Assembly (NCBI GenBank): GCA_003695555.1
Contig: RFIU01000334.1
Coordinates: 1 to 29,088, forward strand
DNA from: Alphaproteobacteria bacterium
GTDB taxonomy: Bacteria; Pseudomonadota; Alphaproteobacteria; Sphingomonadales; Rhodothalassiaceae
Direction of reading: 5' to 3'
Length of the DNA stretch: 29,088 nt
The translations under genes were made by a program, and so were the position numbers. The notes below the pieces were generated by a model that was not told the DNA's origin, made no database searches, and was given only the letters and a program-made list of their open reading frames with translations. This document shows positions 15,785-25,105 of this stretch, piece by piece. Numbering within the stretch: the stretch's first letter is position 1; every line of letters starts with the position of its first letter.

Positions 15785-17065
15785 TCATCCCACCAGCATT
15801 TCGACCGGCGGCGGGTGCGAGAGGAAACGGTTCGGACTCGCGCTCGCCCCATAGGCACCCGATTGACAAACCGCGATCAGATCGCCGGGCATGATCCGCG
15901 GCAGGATGATGCGACGCGCAAAGACGTCCAGCGGCGTGCACAAGCGTCCGGCGATCCAGACGCGCTCCTCGCCCCTCTCCGGTTCACCGCGGGAACGCGC
16001 GATGCCTTCAGGCAGGTGCTCAGGCAGGCAGATCGGCCAGGAGCGATGCAGCACCTGACCGAAATTCCCGGTCGCCGCGAGATGCTGATGCAAGCCGCCG
16101 TCGGTAACCAGAAACGTCTCGCCGTTGATCCGCTTTCGGCGAAGGACACGCATCACATAAAGACCCGCTTCTCCCACCAGATAGCGACCCAGTTCGATGA
16201 GAATTTCGGCATCCGGCCAGTGTCCGCGCAGACGATCACATGCGCGCGCAAGACCGGCCATGACAGCGGAAAGGTCGAGCGGTCGATCCCCCTCGGCATA
16301 AGGAATGCCATAGCCGCCACCGAGATTAAGCCAGCGCGGATGCAGACCATGAGTTTCGGCGACGGTGATCATCAGCTCTGCCGTGCGCTCGTGAAGTTCG
16401 CCGAGGGCTGACCCGTCGAGCGACTGGGAAGCGGCAAAGACATGCAGCCCGTCGATATCGATGCCGGCATCCCGGGCCCTTGCGACGACTGCGCCGATTT
16501 CATCGACGGCAATGCCGAAGGCGGTGGCCTCTCCGCCCATCCGCATGCCCGCCTGCTTGAGGGCGAAGGGCGGATGGATGCGCAGCGCAAGCCTGGGCGG
16601 ACGTGCGAGCGGCAGTTCGCGCGACAATCGGGCGATATCGTCGATCTCGCCGATATCTTCGACCACCACACGAACACCGGCGGCAAGCGCGGCGGCAATC
16701 TCGCGCGCATCCTTTCCGGGGCCGGCGAAGCTGACCGCGGATGACGCCATGCCGGTGGCCAGCGCCGCCGCCATCTCGCCGCATGAGGCGACATCGAAAC
16801 CATCGACCAGATGGCGCATCAATCGAAGCAGCGGCGTAAAGGGGTTGGCCTTGAGAGCATAGGAAAGCCGCACGTCCGCCGGCATCGCCTGGCGCAGGGC
16901 GGCGAGCCGCTCGCGTACCAGTCCGGCATCATAGAGATAGAATCCACCCGGACCGGCTCGCTGCGCGAGGGATCGAATGTCGCAGCCGCCCGGGTGCAGA
17001 ACGCCATCGCGGATCGCGAAGGCAAAGACGGGATGAGCGGGATTGTTCGGCGTTTCCAATACCAT
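15785..17065 (-). CDS. PLP-dependent decarboxylase, exosortase A system-associated (DAP-decarboxylase/BtrK-like fold, TIGR03099-like, 426 aa)
   Basis: PLP-Lys motif YALKANP, SFAGPGK, NLGGGYGIPY, ELGRYLVGEAG, GRLCTPLD and SGAYG. TGATG overlap with the ligase stop. Confidence 0.92.
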   Translation of the reverse strand: MVLETPNNPAHPVFAFAIRDGVLHPGGCDIRSLAQRAGPGGFYLYDAGLVRERLAALRQAMPADVRLSYALKANPFTPLLRLMRHLVDGFDVASCGEMAAALATGMASSAVSFAGPGKDAREIAAALAAGVRVVVEDIGEIDDIARLSRELPLARPPRLALRIHPPFALKQAGMRMGGEATAFGIAVDEIGAVVARARDAGIDIDGLHVFAASQSLDGSALGELHERTAELMITVAETHGLHPRWLNLGGGYGIPYAEGDRPLDLSAVMAGLARACDRLRGHWPDAEILIELGRYLVGEAGLYVMRVLRRKRINGETFLVTDGGLHQHLAATGNFGQVLHRSWPICLPEHLPEGIARSRGEPERGEERVWIAGRLCTPLDVFARRIILPRIMPGDLIAVCQSGAYGASASPNRFLSHPPPVEMLVG

Positions 17066-18642
17066 CACGACGTCCCCCGCGCGCCAGCCTCTGGCGTAGG
17101 GCCCAGCCATGCCTCGCGCGCCGAGCGTCGATCGATCTTTCCGTTCGGGGTGCGCGGCAGCGCCTCGTTCAGGATCACGATTTCCCGCGGAACCATGTAG
17201 GCGGGAAGCTCGCGGGCAAGATGGACCGTGAGCGCCTCATGCAGCGCCGCAAGGTCAACCCCGTCGTCCGTTTCGACCAGCAAAACGACCCGCTCGCCGA
17301 GTTCCTCGTCGCTGACCCCGAAGGCGGCCGCTGCCGAGACGCCGGCGACCTCATAGGCGGGCTCTTCGACCTCTTCCGGGCTGATCCGGTAGCCACCCGA
17401 CTTGATCATCGCATCGGCCCGGCCGAGGAAAGTGAGAAACCCCTGATGGTCGGCCACCACCCGATCACCGGAAAAGACGGCGATATCGCGCCGCCCGGCA
17501 GCCCCTTCCCCGTCAAGCGGCCAGGGGCGGAAGCGCTCGGCGGTGCGCACGGGATCACGCCAGTACCCGAGCGCCACGAGCGGGCCGCGATGCACGAGTT
17601 CGCCGGGCACGCCGGGGGGCACCGGCCGCCCATTATCGTCCACCACCGCGATCTCTACATTGGGAATCGCCCGACCGATCGATTCCGGCCGGCGGTCCAG
17701 TTCTTCGGGCGGAAGCTGCGTCGAGCGGAAGGCCTCGGTCAGGCCGTACATCAGGTGAATGCGGGTTCCCGGCAGCAGACTACGCAGCCTCTCCAGCACG
17801 GCACGCGGCATCCGCCCGCCCGAATTGGTGATATAGCGCAGCCCGCGCGCCTCTTCCGGCCAGTCGCATCCCGCCAGGCGTGCCCACAGCGCCGGAACTC
17901 CGGCAAGGCCGGTAATCCGCTCGCGCGCGACCGTCGCCAGCAGGTCATGGGGCATCAGAAAATCCTTCAGCACCACTTCGGCGCCGACCAGAAAGGCGGT
18001 GGTCAGCTGCGAGAATCCATAATCGAATCCGAGCGGCAGAACCGCCAGGATGCGATCTTCTGCGGTATTGGCGAGATACTCGGCGACCGAGCCCGCCCCG
18101 GCGACGAGATTGCGGTGGGAAACGACCACCCCTTTCGGCGGCCCGGAGGAGCCGGAAGTATAGAAGATCATCGCCGGCGCCGTCTCGACCGGACGCGGCA
18201 GTTGAGCTGCCGGCGTCGGAATGGGCGCGTGCCATTCCTCACCCTCTATGACCAGCAATCGCGCCCCGGCCGGCGCTTCTCTCTCGCCCAGGCCGAGCGC
18301 CGCAAGGCGGGCCCGCCCGGTCACCAGCACCGACGGTTCGCAGTCGGAGAGGATATGCGCTACCTGCCGGGCCTTCAGTCCGGGGTGCATCGGCACGGCG
18401 ATGGCCCCGCACATGCTTGCCGCGAAGATGGCGATCACCGCCTCCACCCGCTTTTCCAGCCAGACCGCCACCCGCTCGCCCGGACCCACGCCGAAGTCGG
18501 AGAAGCGGTGGGCCATGCGCGCGATCTCATCCGTCAGCGTCGCATAATCGAGCACGCGTTCACCGCCTTTGAGCGCCCGCGCCCGCGGGGTGCGTTCGGC
18601 CGTGCCAGTCGGCAAATCATGCAAGAGAACCGCGGCCTGCAT
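17065..18642 (-). CDS. AMP-forming acyl-CoA ligase / adenylation enzyme, exosortase A-associated (TIGR03098-like, 525 aa)
   Basis: ANL motifs YTSGSSGPPKG, LPLGFDYG, YGLTEAFRS, SGD, GRADAMIKSGGYRISPEEVE and PRTPNGKIDR. Confidence 0.93.
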   Translation of the reverse strand: MQAAVLLHDLPTGTAERTPRARALKGGERVLDYATLTDEIARMAHRFSDFGVGPGERVAVWLEKRVEAVIAIFAASMCGAIAVPMHPGLKARQVAHILSDCEPSVLVTGRARLAALGLGEREAPAGARLLVIEGEEWHAPIPTPAAQLPRPVETAPAMIFYTSGSSGPPKGVVVSHRNLVAGAGSVAEYLANTAEDRILAVLPLGFDYGFSQLTTAFLVGAEVVLKDFLMPHDLLATVARERITGLAGVPALWARLAGCDWPEEARGLRYITNSGGRMPRAVLERLRSLLPGTRIHLMYGLTEAFRSTQLPPEELDRRPESIGRAIPNVEIAVVDDNGRPVPPGVPGELVHRGPLVALGYWRDPVRTAERFRPWPLDGEGAAGRRDIAVFSGDRVVADHQGFLTFLGRADAMIKSGGYRISPEEVEEPAYEVAGVSAAAAFGVSDEELGERVVLLVETDDGVDLAALHEALTVHLARELPAYMVPREIVILNEALPRTPNGKIDRRSAREAWLGPTPEAGARGTS

Positions 18643-18674
18643 CTTTGCTCCCGATTTTCACGCCTCGGCGGCGC

Positions 18675-18704
18675 TTGACAGCCATTCCTGCGCCCGTCCA
18701 TAGA
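18675..18704 (+). promoter_or_regulatory. Candidate sigma70 promoter for the ACP-hydrolase operon
   Basis: Perfect TTGACA (18675-18680) with CATAGA 18 nt downstream (weak -10). A GC hairpin follows at 18708-18737. Confidence 0.45.
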
Positions 18705-18766
18705 GCCTTTCCGCCCGCCGGAGCAAGGCGGCGGGAAGCCAGTCATCTGCGACGACGGAAAAGGGC

Positions 18767-19039
18767 ATGAGCGGAAACGAAGATCTGAGCAGCCATCTGC
18801 GCGATGTTCTGCGCGATGTTCTTCAACTCGGTGAGCGGGCCGAGGCACTTGCCGACGATACGCCGCTGCTCGGCGCTCTTCCCGAGCTCGATTCGATGGC
18901 CGTGGTGACGCTGCTTTCGACATTGGAGGAACGTTTCGCTATCGTCATCCACGATGACGAAATCACCGCTGAAATCTTCGACACCTTCGCAAGCCTGCGC
19001 GCCTATGTCGCCGCCAAGCGTGCCGAAACCGCCGCTTGA
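18767..19039 (+). CDS. Acyl carrier protein, exosortase A cassette type (90 aa)
   Basis: Phosphopantetheine site in PELDSMAVV, LLGALPE and LEERFAI; acidic and the right size; divergent from the ligase gene. Confidence 0.93.
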   Translation: MSGNEDLSSHLRDVLRDVLQLGERAEALADDTPLLGALPELDSMAVVTLLSTLEERFAIVIHDDEITAEIFDTFASLRAYVAAKRAETAA

Positions 19040-19097
19040 GCGAGCTGCCTCACCGACATCTCTGCCCGAGGATTCCTTGCGCGGTGGACGCCTCAAG

Positions 19098-19844
19098 GTG
19101 CTCACTCTCGCTTGCCCCGATGGCCGGGGACAGGCTATGGCGCATCTTCGCCTGCCGACGGTCGGCACCGCCACCCGTGCGGGGCTGGTGATCCTTCCCC
19201 CTTTCGGTGAAGAGGGGAACCGCGCCCGCCGCTTCCTTGCGCATCTCGCCCGTCTTCTCGCCGCGCGCGGCATCGCCTCGCTGCTGCTCGATCTCTCCGG
19301 TAACGGAGAAAGCCCGCAGACCCGCGCCCCGTTGCGGATTGCGGAATGGTTCGCCGAGATCGACTCCGCCGTGAAACGGCTCGCAGCCAGCGCCGAGCAA
19401 TCGGTGCCGACAGCGATCTTCGGCATGCGCCATGGCGGCATGGTCGCCGCCGAGCGCCATCGATGCGCGCCGGCCGGCGGACCGGACCAAGGCCTGATTC
19501 TGTTTGACGTTCCGCCCGAACCGGTTGGCGGACGACTGGCGCGAGTCCGACGGCGCCTGTTTTCCGATCCCGCCGGTCTGCCGCCGTTGGATGACGGCGC
19601 CCACACCTGCCTGCATGACCCCGAACTCATCCATTACGTGAGCCGGATCCCGGTCATTCCGGTACCATCCGATGAATCGGATGTGCCTGACCCGGCAAAT
19701 CCGTCTGCTGTCCATCGTCTTGCCGGCAGTACCTGCGCCCCTCCGGTCTGGGCCCAGCGCGAAGCGCTGGTGCCGGCCGAGCTGCTGCTCGCCCTCGCCC
19801 ACCGGCTGGAATCCATCCTAGTGCAAGAGGGGTCGGCGCAATGA
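19098..19844 (+). CDS. Alpha/beta hydrolase 2, exosortase A system-associated (TIGR03101-like, ~248 aa; alternative start ATG 19137)
   Basis: LPPFGEEGNRARR, LDLSGNGES and GMRHGG (GxRxG elbow typical of this family); divergent C-terminal half. Confidence 0.8.
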   Translation: MLTLACPDGRGQAMAHLRLPTVGTATRAGLVILPPFGEEGNRARRFLAHLARLLAARGIASLLLDLSGNGESPQTRAPLRIAEWFAEIDSAVKRLAASAEQSVPTAIFGMRHGGMVAAERHRCAPAGGPDQGLILFDVPPEPVGGRLARVRRRLFSDPAGLPPLDDGAHTCLHDPELIHYVSRIPVIPVPSDESDVPDPANPSAVHRLAGSTCAPPVWAQREALVPAELLLALAHRLESILVQEGSAQ

Positions 19845-20635
19845 CCCCGATCACCTTTCCTTGCGGCCCCGACCGGCTCGTCGGCTCCTTGCACCGGCCG
19901 CCCGTCGGAAATGCCGAGCATGTCGGCATCGTCTTTCTGGTCGGCGGCCCGCAGACCCGTGCCGGTGCATCGCGTGGCCTGTTGCATCTCGCCGAAGGAC
20001 TGTGTGCCAGCGGCATTCATGTCCTGCGCTTCGACTGGCGCGGCGAGGGCGACAGCGAGGGCGCGAGGCGGCCCTTCGATGGCCGCGATGAAGAGATCCA
20101 TGCGGCGATTCAGGCGATGCGCGAAACCTCTCCTGACGTCCGCTCCATCTTTCTGCTCGGTCTGTGCGACGGGGCGAGCGCCGCGCTCCTTCATGCCGGT
20201 CGGCGGACACCGCTGGCCGATGACGGCGTATCGCCGTCGGGCCTGATCCTCATCAATCCATGGATGCGCGACGACGATCTTCGCCCGCCACTGGGATCAC
20301 CCGGACGCCTGCCGGTCGCTCTTCTCACGCCCTTTCACCGGATGCGCAGGTCAAGTGTGACGGTCCTGGAATCCCGACTGCTGGAGGCCGCCCGGCGTGC
20401 GCGTCCGCCCGTCTTGTGGCTGACCGCCCGAAATGACCCGACCGGACGCGATGCGCTGATCCGTCTGCGCGCCTCGCGCTGGCAGGAGCTAAGGGAAAAG
20501 CCGTCCCGGCTGCTGTCCTGGGCAGGAGACGACCATGTCCTGGCCCTGCCCGACACCCGGATCCGGATCGTGGCATGGATACGTCGCTGGCTTACAGATT
20601 TGCGCGTCATCCAAGGAAAAGATCGCGCAGGCTGA
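19841..20635 (+). CDS. Alpha/beta hydrolase 1, exosortase A system-associated (TIGR03100-like, 264 aa)
   Basis: VGGPQTRAG, RFDWRGEGDSEG, GLCDGAS (Cys nucleophile elbow), INPW and GDDH. ATGA overlap with hydrolase 2. Confidence 0.88.
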   Translation: MTPITFPCGPDRLVGSLHRPPVGNAEHVGIVFLVGGPQTRAGASRGLLHLAEGLCASGIHVLRFDWRGEGDSEGARRPFDGRDEEIHAAIQAMRETSPDVRSIFLLGLCDGASAALLHAGRRTPLADDGVSPSGLILINPWMRDDDLRPPLGSPGRLPVALLTPFHRMRRSSVTVLESRLLEAARRARPPVLWLTARNDPTGRDALIRLRASRWQELREKPSRLLSWAGDDHVLALPDTRIRIVAWIRRWLTDLRVIQGKDRAG

Positions 20636-20672
20636 AGAAAAGCCGCACCATTCCTTCCCCTCGAGCGAATGT

Positions 20673-20921
20673 TCAGTCCCACTCAAGCGCACCGCCGGGC
20701 GCTGGCGCGCGCATCAGTCCTTCGACGAAGCGTCGCTCTTCCTCGATCTTCGCCTGCTTGGCGGTGATGCGTCTGGCGCGAAGAGCCGCGCGCCGATTGC
20801 GCTGTTCCTCGGCGAGAGCCCGGCGACGCCGGCTCTCTTCGCGCCTTCCCTGCACCGCGAACCACATCACGAGCGCGAAAGCGACCAGATTCCAGAAGGC
20901 GAAATAAAGACTCTCAAGCAT
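20673..20921 (-). CDS. Small hypothetical single-pass membrane protein (82 aa)
   Basis: GGAGG RBS, start overlaps the O-ligase stop by 8 nt, N-terminal TM (YFAFWNLVAFALVMWFAV) followed by an Arg/Glu-rich helical tail. Confidence 0.7.
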   Translation of the reverse strand: MLESLYFAFWNLVAFALVMWFAVQGRREESRRRRALAEEQRNRRAALRARRITAKQAKIEEERRFVEGLMRAPAPGGALEWD

Positions 20922-22407
20922 CTTTGCGCCTCCCCGATGAAGATCGGACAAGGCCGCCAGCCCGCCGCGAGGACCCCCCCCCTTCTGCGTGCGCCAGCCG
21001 AGGCGAGAAGGCCGGAACCGGAGATTCGTTCCCGGGCTCTTCCTGTGGCTCTTCACGTGGCTCTTCCGGTGGTTCTTTCCCACCCTCTTCGCCATTTTCT
21101 TCCCTCCCGTCCCGCTCGGTAAAGGGGGAGCTCATTCCTGCATTCTTGCGCTCGAGACGCTCCAGGGAAACGACACGCGCGACCATTGAGGCCAGGACGG
21201 CTGTGATGGCGATAAGCTGGAAATAGAGATCGAACATCGGAAAATGCAGGACGAGACCGACGGCGGCAAACCCGATCAGGCTGGCCTGCAGAGCCAGCGC
21301 AAGATCGGCCGCCCATCTCAGCCCCTCGTATCCTGCCGCTGCACGATGAACCGACCGGCAGGTGAGAATCGCAAGAAAGAGCAGGCAGACGAACAGGAAA
21401 AGACCAGGAAAACCGTTCTCGGCAAGATTGCCGAAATAGATCGAGTGCCATTCGCGCGGCTGCTCGCCGAAGGGAACGTATTTCGCCTGGAAATCGGGAT
21501 TGGCCCAACCGTCGATGCCGACCCCCAGGATCGGATGATCGGCCGCTGCCCGGGCGGCCGCCTTCCACATCGTCACCCGCCCCATGAACGAAGCATCCTC
21601 GGAATATTCCGAGATCGTCGAGAAGCGCGCCCGCCAGTTGGCCGGCATCGTCTCCCAGACGACGGGAGCGGCGAGCAGAAGAACGATGAAGCCGATCATC
21701 ACCCGGCGCTGGCGCAGGCCGATGAAGCCCAGCATGGCCAAGAGCGCCACCAGCGCCCCGCGCGACTGGGTGCCGAGAATGGCGATGACGCTCAACGGGA
21801 TCGCCGCGCGGAACATCCACCGCAGCATCCACCATTCGGCATGTCTGGCCAGCCAGACGAAGAGCGGCAGCGCCATCAGCAGGACCGTAGCATATTCATT
21901 GGTGCCGGACATGAAGCTTCCCGGCGCGCCAAGGGCACGAAAACTGCCGCCGGTCATCAGGGTGAAGAGGCCGCCCTTGACCCCATAATAGGCGAACGAA
22001 ATGCCGATCATCGTAATCAGCAGATAGAGGCGCCGCCGACTGGTAAGCGTCGCGGCGGTGGCGAAGGCCAGTGCCGTCACTTTCAGCATGTCCACCCAGC
22101 CGGTGAAGGCAAGATCGGGCTCCAGCGCAAAGATCGTCGTCAGACCGGACCAGGCGACATAGAAACCGGTCAGTACAACGAGCGGATGGCGGGGAACATG
22201 CTTGATCTCGTTGCGCAGTATGAGGCTCGCCAGCGTCACCAGCGCGATCGCATAGACGATCGGCGCATCATAAAGGAAACCATAGGTCAGCCGGTGCGGA
22301 GTCATCGACGAGATCCAGGTCCACAGCAGCACCCCGACGAAGGGGGTGAAGACGATGAAGACCATCGGGGTGGCGATGAGGATCAGCAGAAAGAGGCTGC
22401 GCAGCAT
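20914..22407 (-). CDS. Putative O-glycosylation ligase, exosortase A-associated (O-antigen ligase/Wzy_C superfamily, TIGR03097-like, 497 aa)
   Basis: WISSMTPHRLTYGF, YGVKGGLFTL, TQSRGALVAL, GRVTMW..A..HPILGVG and WHSIYFGNLAENG; many TM segments. Confidence 0.88.
   Translation of the reverse strand: MLRSLFLLILIATPMVFIVFTPFVGVLLWTWISSMTPHRLTYGFLYDAPIVYAIALVTLASLILRNEIKHVPRHPLVVLTGFYVAWSGLTTIFALEPDLAFTGWVDMLKVTALAFATAATLTSRRRLYLLITMIGISFAYYGVKGGLFTLMTGGSFRALGAPGSFMSGTNEYATVLLMALPLFVWLARHAEWWMLRWMFRAAIPLSVIAILGTQSRGALVALLAMLGFIGLRQRRVMIGFIVLLLAAPVVWETMPANWRARFSTISEYSEDASFMGRVTMWKAAARAAADHPILGVGIDGWANPDFQAKYVPFGEQPREWHSIYFGNLAENGFPGLFLFVCLLFLAILTCRSVHRAAAGYEGLRWAADLALALQASLIGFAAVGLVLHFPMFDLYFQLIAITAVLASMVARVVSLERLERKNAGMSSPFTERDGREENGEEGGKEPPEEPREEPQEEPGNESPVPAFSPRLAHAEGGGSSRRAGGLVRSSSGRRKDA
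21035..21080. repeat. 12-bp tandem repeat (~3.8 copies) in the O-ligase 3' region
   Basis: ggctcttcctgt ggctcttcacgt ggctcttccggt ggttctttcc, encoding KEPPEEPREEPQEEP on the minus strand. Confidence 0.8.
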
Positions 22408-22453
22408 GTCGTTTCCGGTTTCCTGAGCCGATCCCGCCCGGACGGGCGCCGAT

Positions 22454-25105
22454 CTATTGTGCGCCTTCTTTCGGCTCTGCGTCCAGTTTCGCGAGCAGTT
22501 CGCGGCGATGGCGACGCTGCTCATCATCGAGCCCGTCCGGCGCAAGCGCTTCAAGCAGTCGGCGGGCATGCTGCGGATCGACGCGGATTTCGGCTTCGGC
22601 GAGCAGCAGCGCGACATCCGGCGAATCCGGCGCCATCCGCCAGGCGCGGCGCGCCATCTCCAGGGCGCGCGGATCCTGCCGGTCGAGCAGCACACGGGCG
22701 AAACGGTAGGTCAGCAGCACGTCGCCCGGCAAGCGTCGAATGAGGCGTTCATAATGCGTCATCGCTTCCTGCTTGCGCCCCAGATCATCCAGCAAAAAAG
22801 CGAATGTCCGCTCGACGTCGCTGTCCTCGGGGGCATGAAGATGGGCGGCGCGAGCCAGTTCCAGCGCCTCATCCTTGCGTCCGTCCGCCGCCAGCAGGCG
22901 GGCCAGCCGGCCTTCCACGCCGGCCGATTCGGGAAACAGGCGCAGCAGTTCTCGCCCATAACCGATCGCCGCATTGCGGTTGCCGGCGCTCTGTTCGACC
23001 TGCATCAGAATTTCAAGGATGTGGCGACGAACGGGATGGCCCGGCTCTTTGACCAGCTTGTCAGCCTTGAGCAAAGTCTGACGGGCGGTATCGAGCCGCC
23101 CCAGCCGCCATTGGGCGCGCGCCAGTCCGACATAATAGCGCGGCTCGTCCGGAAAGCTCGCCACCAGCCGCCGCCAGGCGCGTTCCGCGCGTTCGATATC
23201 GCCGGTCTCGAATGCCAGCTCTGCCAGCCGTTCGACGATCTCGCGCACGCCGGGGTTGAGCGTATCGGCACGCCGCGCCATGGCGAACGCCCGCTTCCTG
23301 TCGCCTGCCCGGCGGGTTTCGTCGATCAGCAGAATCTGCAGGCGCGGCTTTTTCGGCGCCAGCGCCACCGCCCGTTCGAGCAGGCGCGAGGCGGCCGCGT
23401 GATTTCCCTCACGCGCCCGGATCTCGGCCAGTGATACCAGCGAAATGCCGTCCTTCGGATCACGTTCGATCAGTTCTTCGAACAGAGGTGCCGCCTCTTC
23501 ATCTTGCCCGAGCCGGACGAGGGTGAGCGCAAGATTGCGCCGCGCCGGCAGGAAGTCGGGATCGCGTTGAAGGGCCTGCTCGAAGAACTCCCGCGCCTTT
23601 TCCGGCTCGCCGCCGCTCAGCGCGATCAGCCCTTTAAGATTGGGGGCGAAGGGGGCGCCGGGCGACAACTCGTCCACCCGCTCGGCCGCCCGCATCGCGG
23701 CATCCAGTCGGCCGGCGCGACGATTGATCAGCGCCAGCATGGCAGCGGCCCGAAAAGCATCCGTGCCATTGGCTGCTACCTCGCCGAGACGGGCGATCGC
23801 CTCGTCCACGGCGCCCAACGCAAAGCGACCCAATGCATACTGCGTCTTCAGTTCATCGAGCTGAGGGTAGCGCTTCATCGCCTGTTCATAGAGCCGCACC
23901 GCCGGCTCATAGCGACCGAGACGCAGATAGATCGAGGCCATCAGGATCCGGCCGCGGACATCCAGCCTGCCCGCCCGTTCGAGCGGCGCGAGCACCTCAT
24001 ACGCCGCCTTGACGCTTGCGCGCCGGAGCAAAGCGGCCGCCAGCAGCTCGCGGGCAACAAGATCATCGGGCGCCCGATCGACGACGCGGCGAGCCAGCAC
24101 GATCGCCTCTTCGGTCTTGCCTTCGAGAAATGACAACCAGGCGCGCAAGCGGATCAAGGGCACATAATCGCCGAGCATGCGCGCCGCCGCATCGGCGTGC
24201 TTGCGGGCCTGATCGAGCTTGCCGAGGCGCACGAGATAGAGTGCCTCCAGATAGTCGCTCATCGGCGAGTCCGGAAGTCGGGAGCGGATCATCTCGACCT
24301 CGCGCCCGCCTTCATCCAGACGACCGAGCGCAAGCAGCAGCCCGGCGCGCTCGATTCGGGCGGCAAGATCGTTGGGATTGGCGGCCAGTGCCTCGTCAAA
24401 CTTTTTCAGCGCCCCTTCGAGGTCGCCGCGACGCTTGGCGAGCTCGCCTTCCAGCGCCAGCACCCGCGAATCGCGTGGTGCCAGCCTGCGGGCACCGGCA
24501 AGGCTTTCCTCGGCGGAGGGAATGTCGCCGCGTGCCAGCGCCAGCCTTGCGAGCGCCAGTTTCGGTTCCGGCGCGTTCGGAGCGGCCGCTTCGGCCCGGC
24601 CATAGGCCGCCATCGCCTTCAGATAGTTCTGCTTCAGCAGCCAGGCATCGCCTTCGGTAAGGGCTGCCGCCAAGGTCAGCTCGTCCGGAAAACGCTGCTC
24701 CTTCAGAACCGTCAGCGCCGCATCCGCACGACGAAGGCCAAGCAGCGCACGGGCCTTCAGAACCGCCGCCACCGGCCGGACGCCCGCCCCCTTGTCGGCA
24801 AGCTCGTCGGCAAGTGAAAGGGCCTCATCAAAATAGCCGAGATTCAGATAGGCTTCCGCCAGTCGGGCCGTCAGCCCGGGATCGCCTGGGCGTTCCTCGA
24901 GCAGCATCCGAAGCACGCGGGCCGCCGCCTGATAGTCCTGCCGTTCAAAGGCGGCCTCGACCTCGGGCGGAAGCTCGACCTTGACCGGTACCAGACGAGG
25001 CGGAGCAGCATCAACGGCTCGCAGCCCCATTGCGAACAGGAATGCGACCATGGCCGAGACCATCGCCGGTCGCCATCGCAGCCATTTCCCCCCCTGTCGG
25101 ATCAT
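22454..25105 (-). CDS. prsT: PEP-CTERM system TPR-repeat protein PrsT-like (883 aa)
   Basis: N-terminal signal-like segment followed by a long array of TPR-like helical repeats. Size and position in a XrtA locus fit. TGATG overlap with the upstream sugar transferase. Confidence 0.8.
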   Translation of the reverse strand: MIRQGGKWLRWRPAMVSAMVAFLFAMGLRAVDAAPPRLVPVKVELPPEVEAAFERQDYQAAARVLRMLLEERPGDPGLTARLAEAYLNLGYFDEALSLADELADKGAGVRPVAAVLKARALLGLRRADAALTVLKEQRFPDELTLAAALTEGDAWLLKQNYLKAMAAYGRAEAAAPNAPEPKLALARLALARGDIPSAEESLAGARRLAPRDSRVLALEGELAKRRGDLEGALKKFDEALAANPNDLAARIERAGLLLALGRLDEGGREVEMIRSRLPDSPMSDYLEALYLVRLGKLDQARKHADAAARMLGDYVPLIRLRAWLSFLEGKTEEAIVLARRVVDRAPDDLVARELLAAALLRRASVKAAYEVLAPLERAGRLDVRGRILMASIYLRLGRYEPAVRLYEQAMKRYPQLDELKTQYALGRFALGAVDEAIARLGEVAANGTDAFRAAAMLALINRRAGRLDAAMRAAERVDELSPGAPFAPNLKGLIALSGGEPEKAREFFEQALQRDPDFLPARRNLALTLVRLGQDEEAAPLFEELIERDPKDGISLVSLAEIRAREGNHAAASRLLERAVALAPKKPRLQILLIDETRRAGDRKRAFAMARRADTLNPGVREIVERLAELAFETGDIERAERAWRRLVASFPDEPRYYVGLARAQWRLGRLDTARQTLLKADKLVKEPGHPVRRHILEILMQVEQSAGNRNAAIGYGRELLRLFPESAGVEGRLARLLAADGRKDEALELARAAHLHAPEDSDVERTFAFLLDDLGRKQEAMTHYERLIRRLPGDVLLTYRFARVLLDRQDPRALEMARRAWRMAPDSPDVALLLAEAEIRVDPQHARRLLEALAPDGLDDEQRRHRRELLAKLDAEPKEGAQ

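Noticed and set aside
20914-21030. SPVPAFSP in the O-ligase tail plus the neighbouring TM and RRRR as a cryptic PEP-CTERM signal
   Set aside because: There is no PEP motif, and the TM/basic segment belongs to a separate ORF in another frame at its N-terminus.
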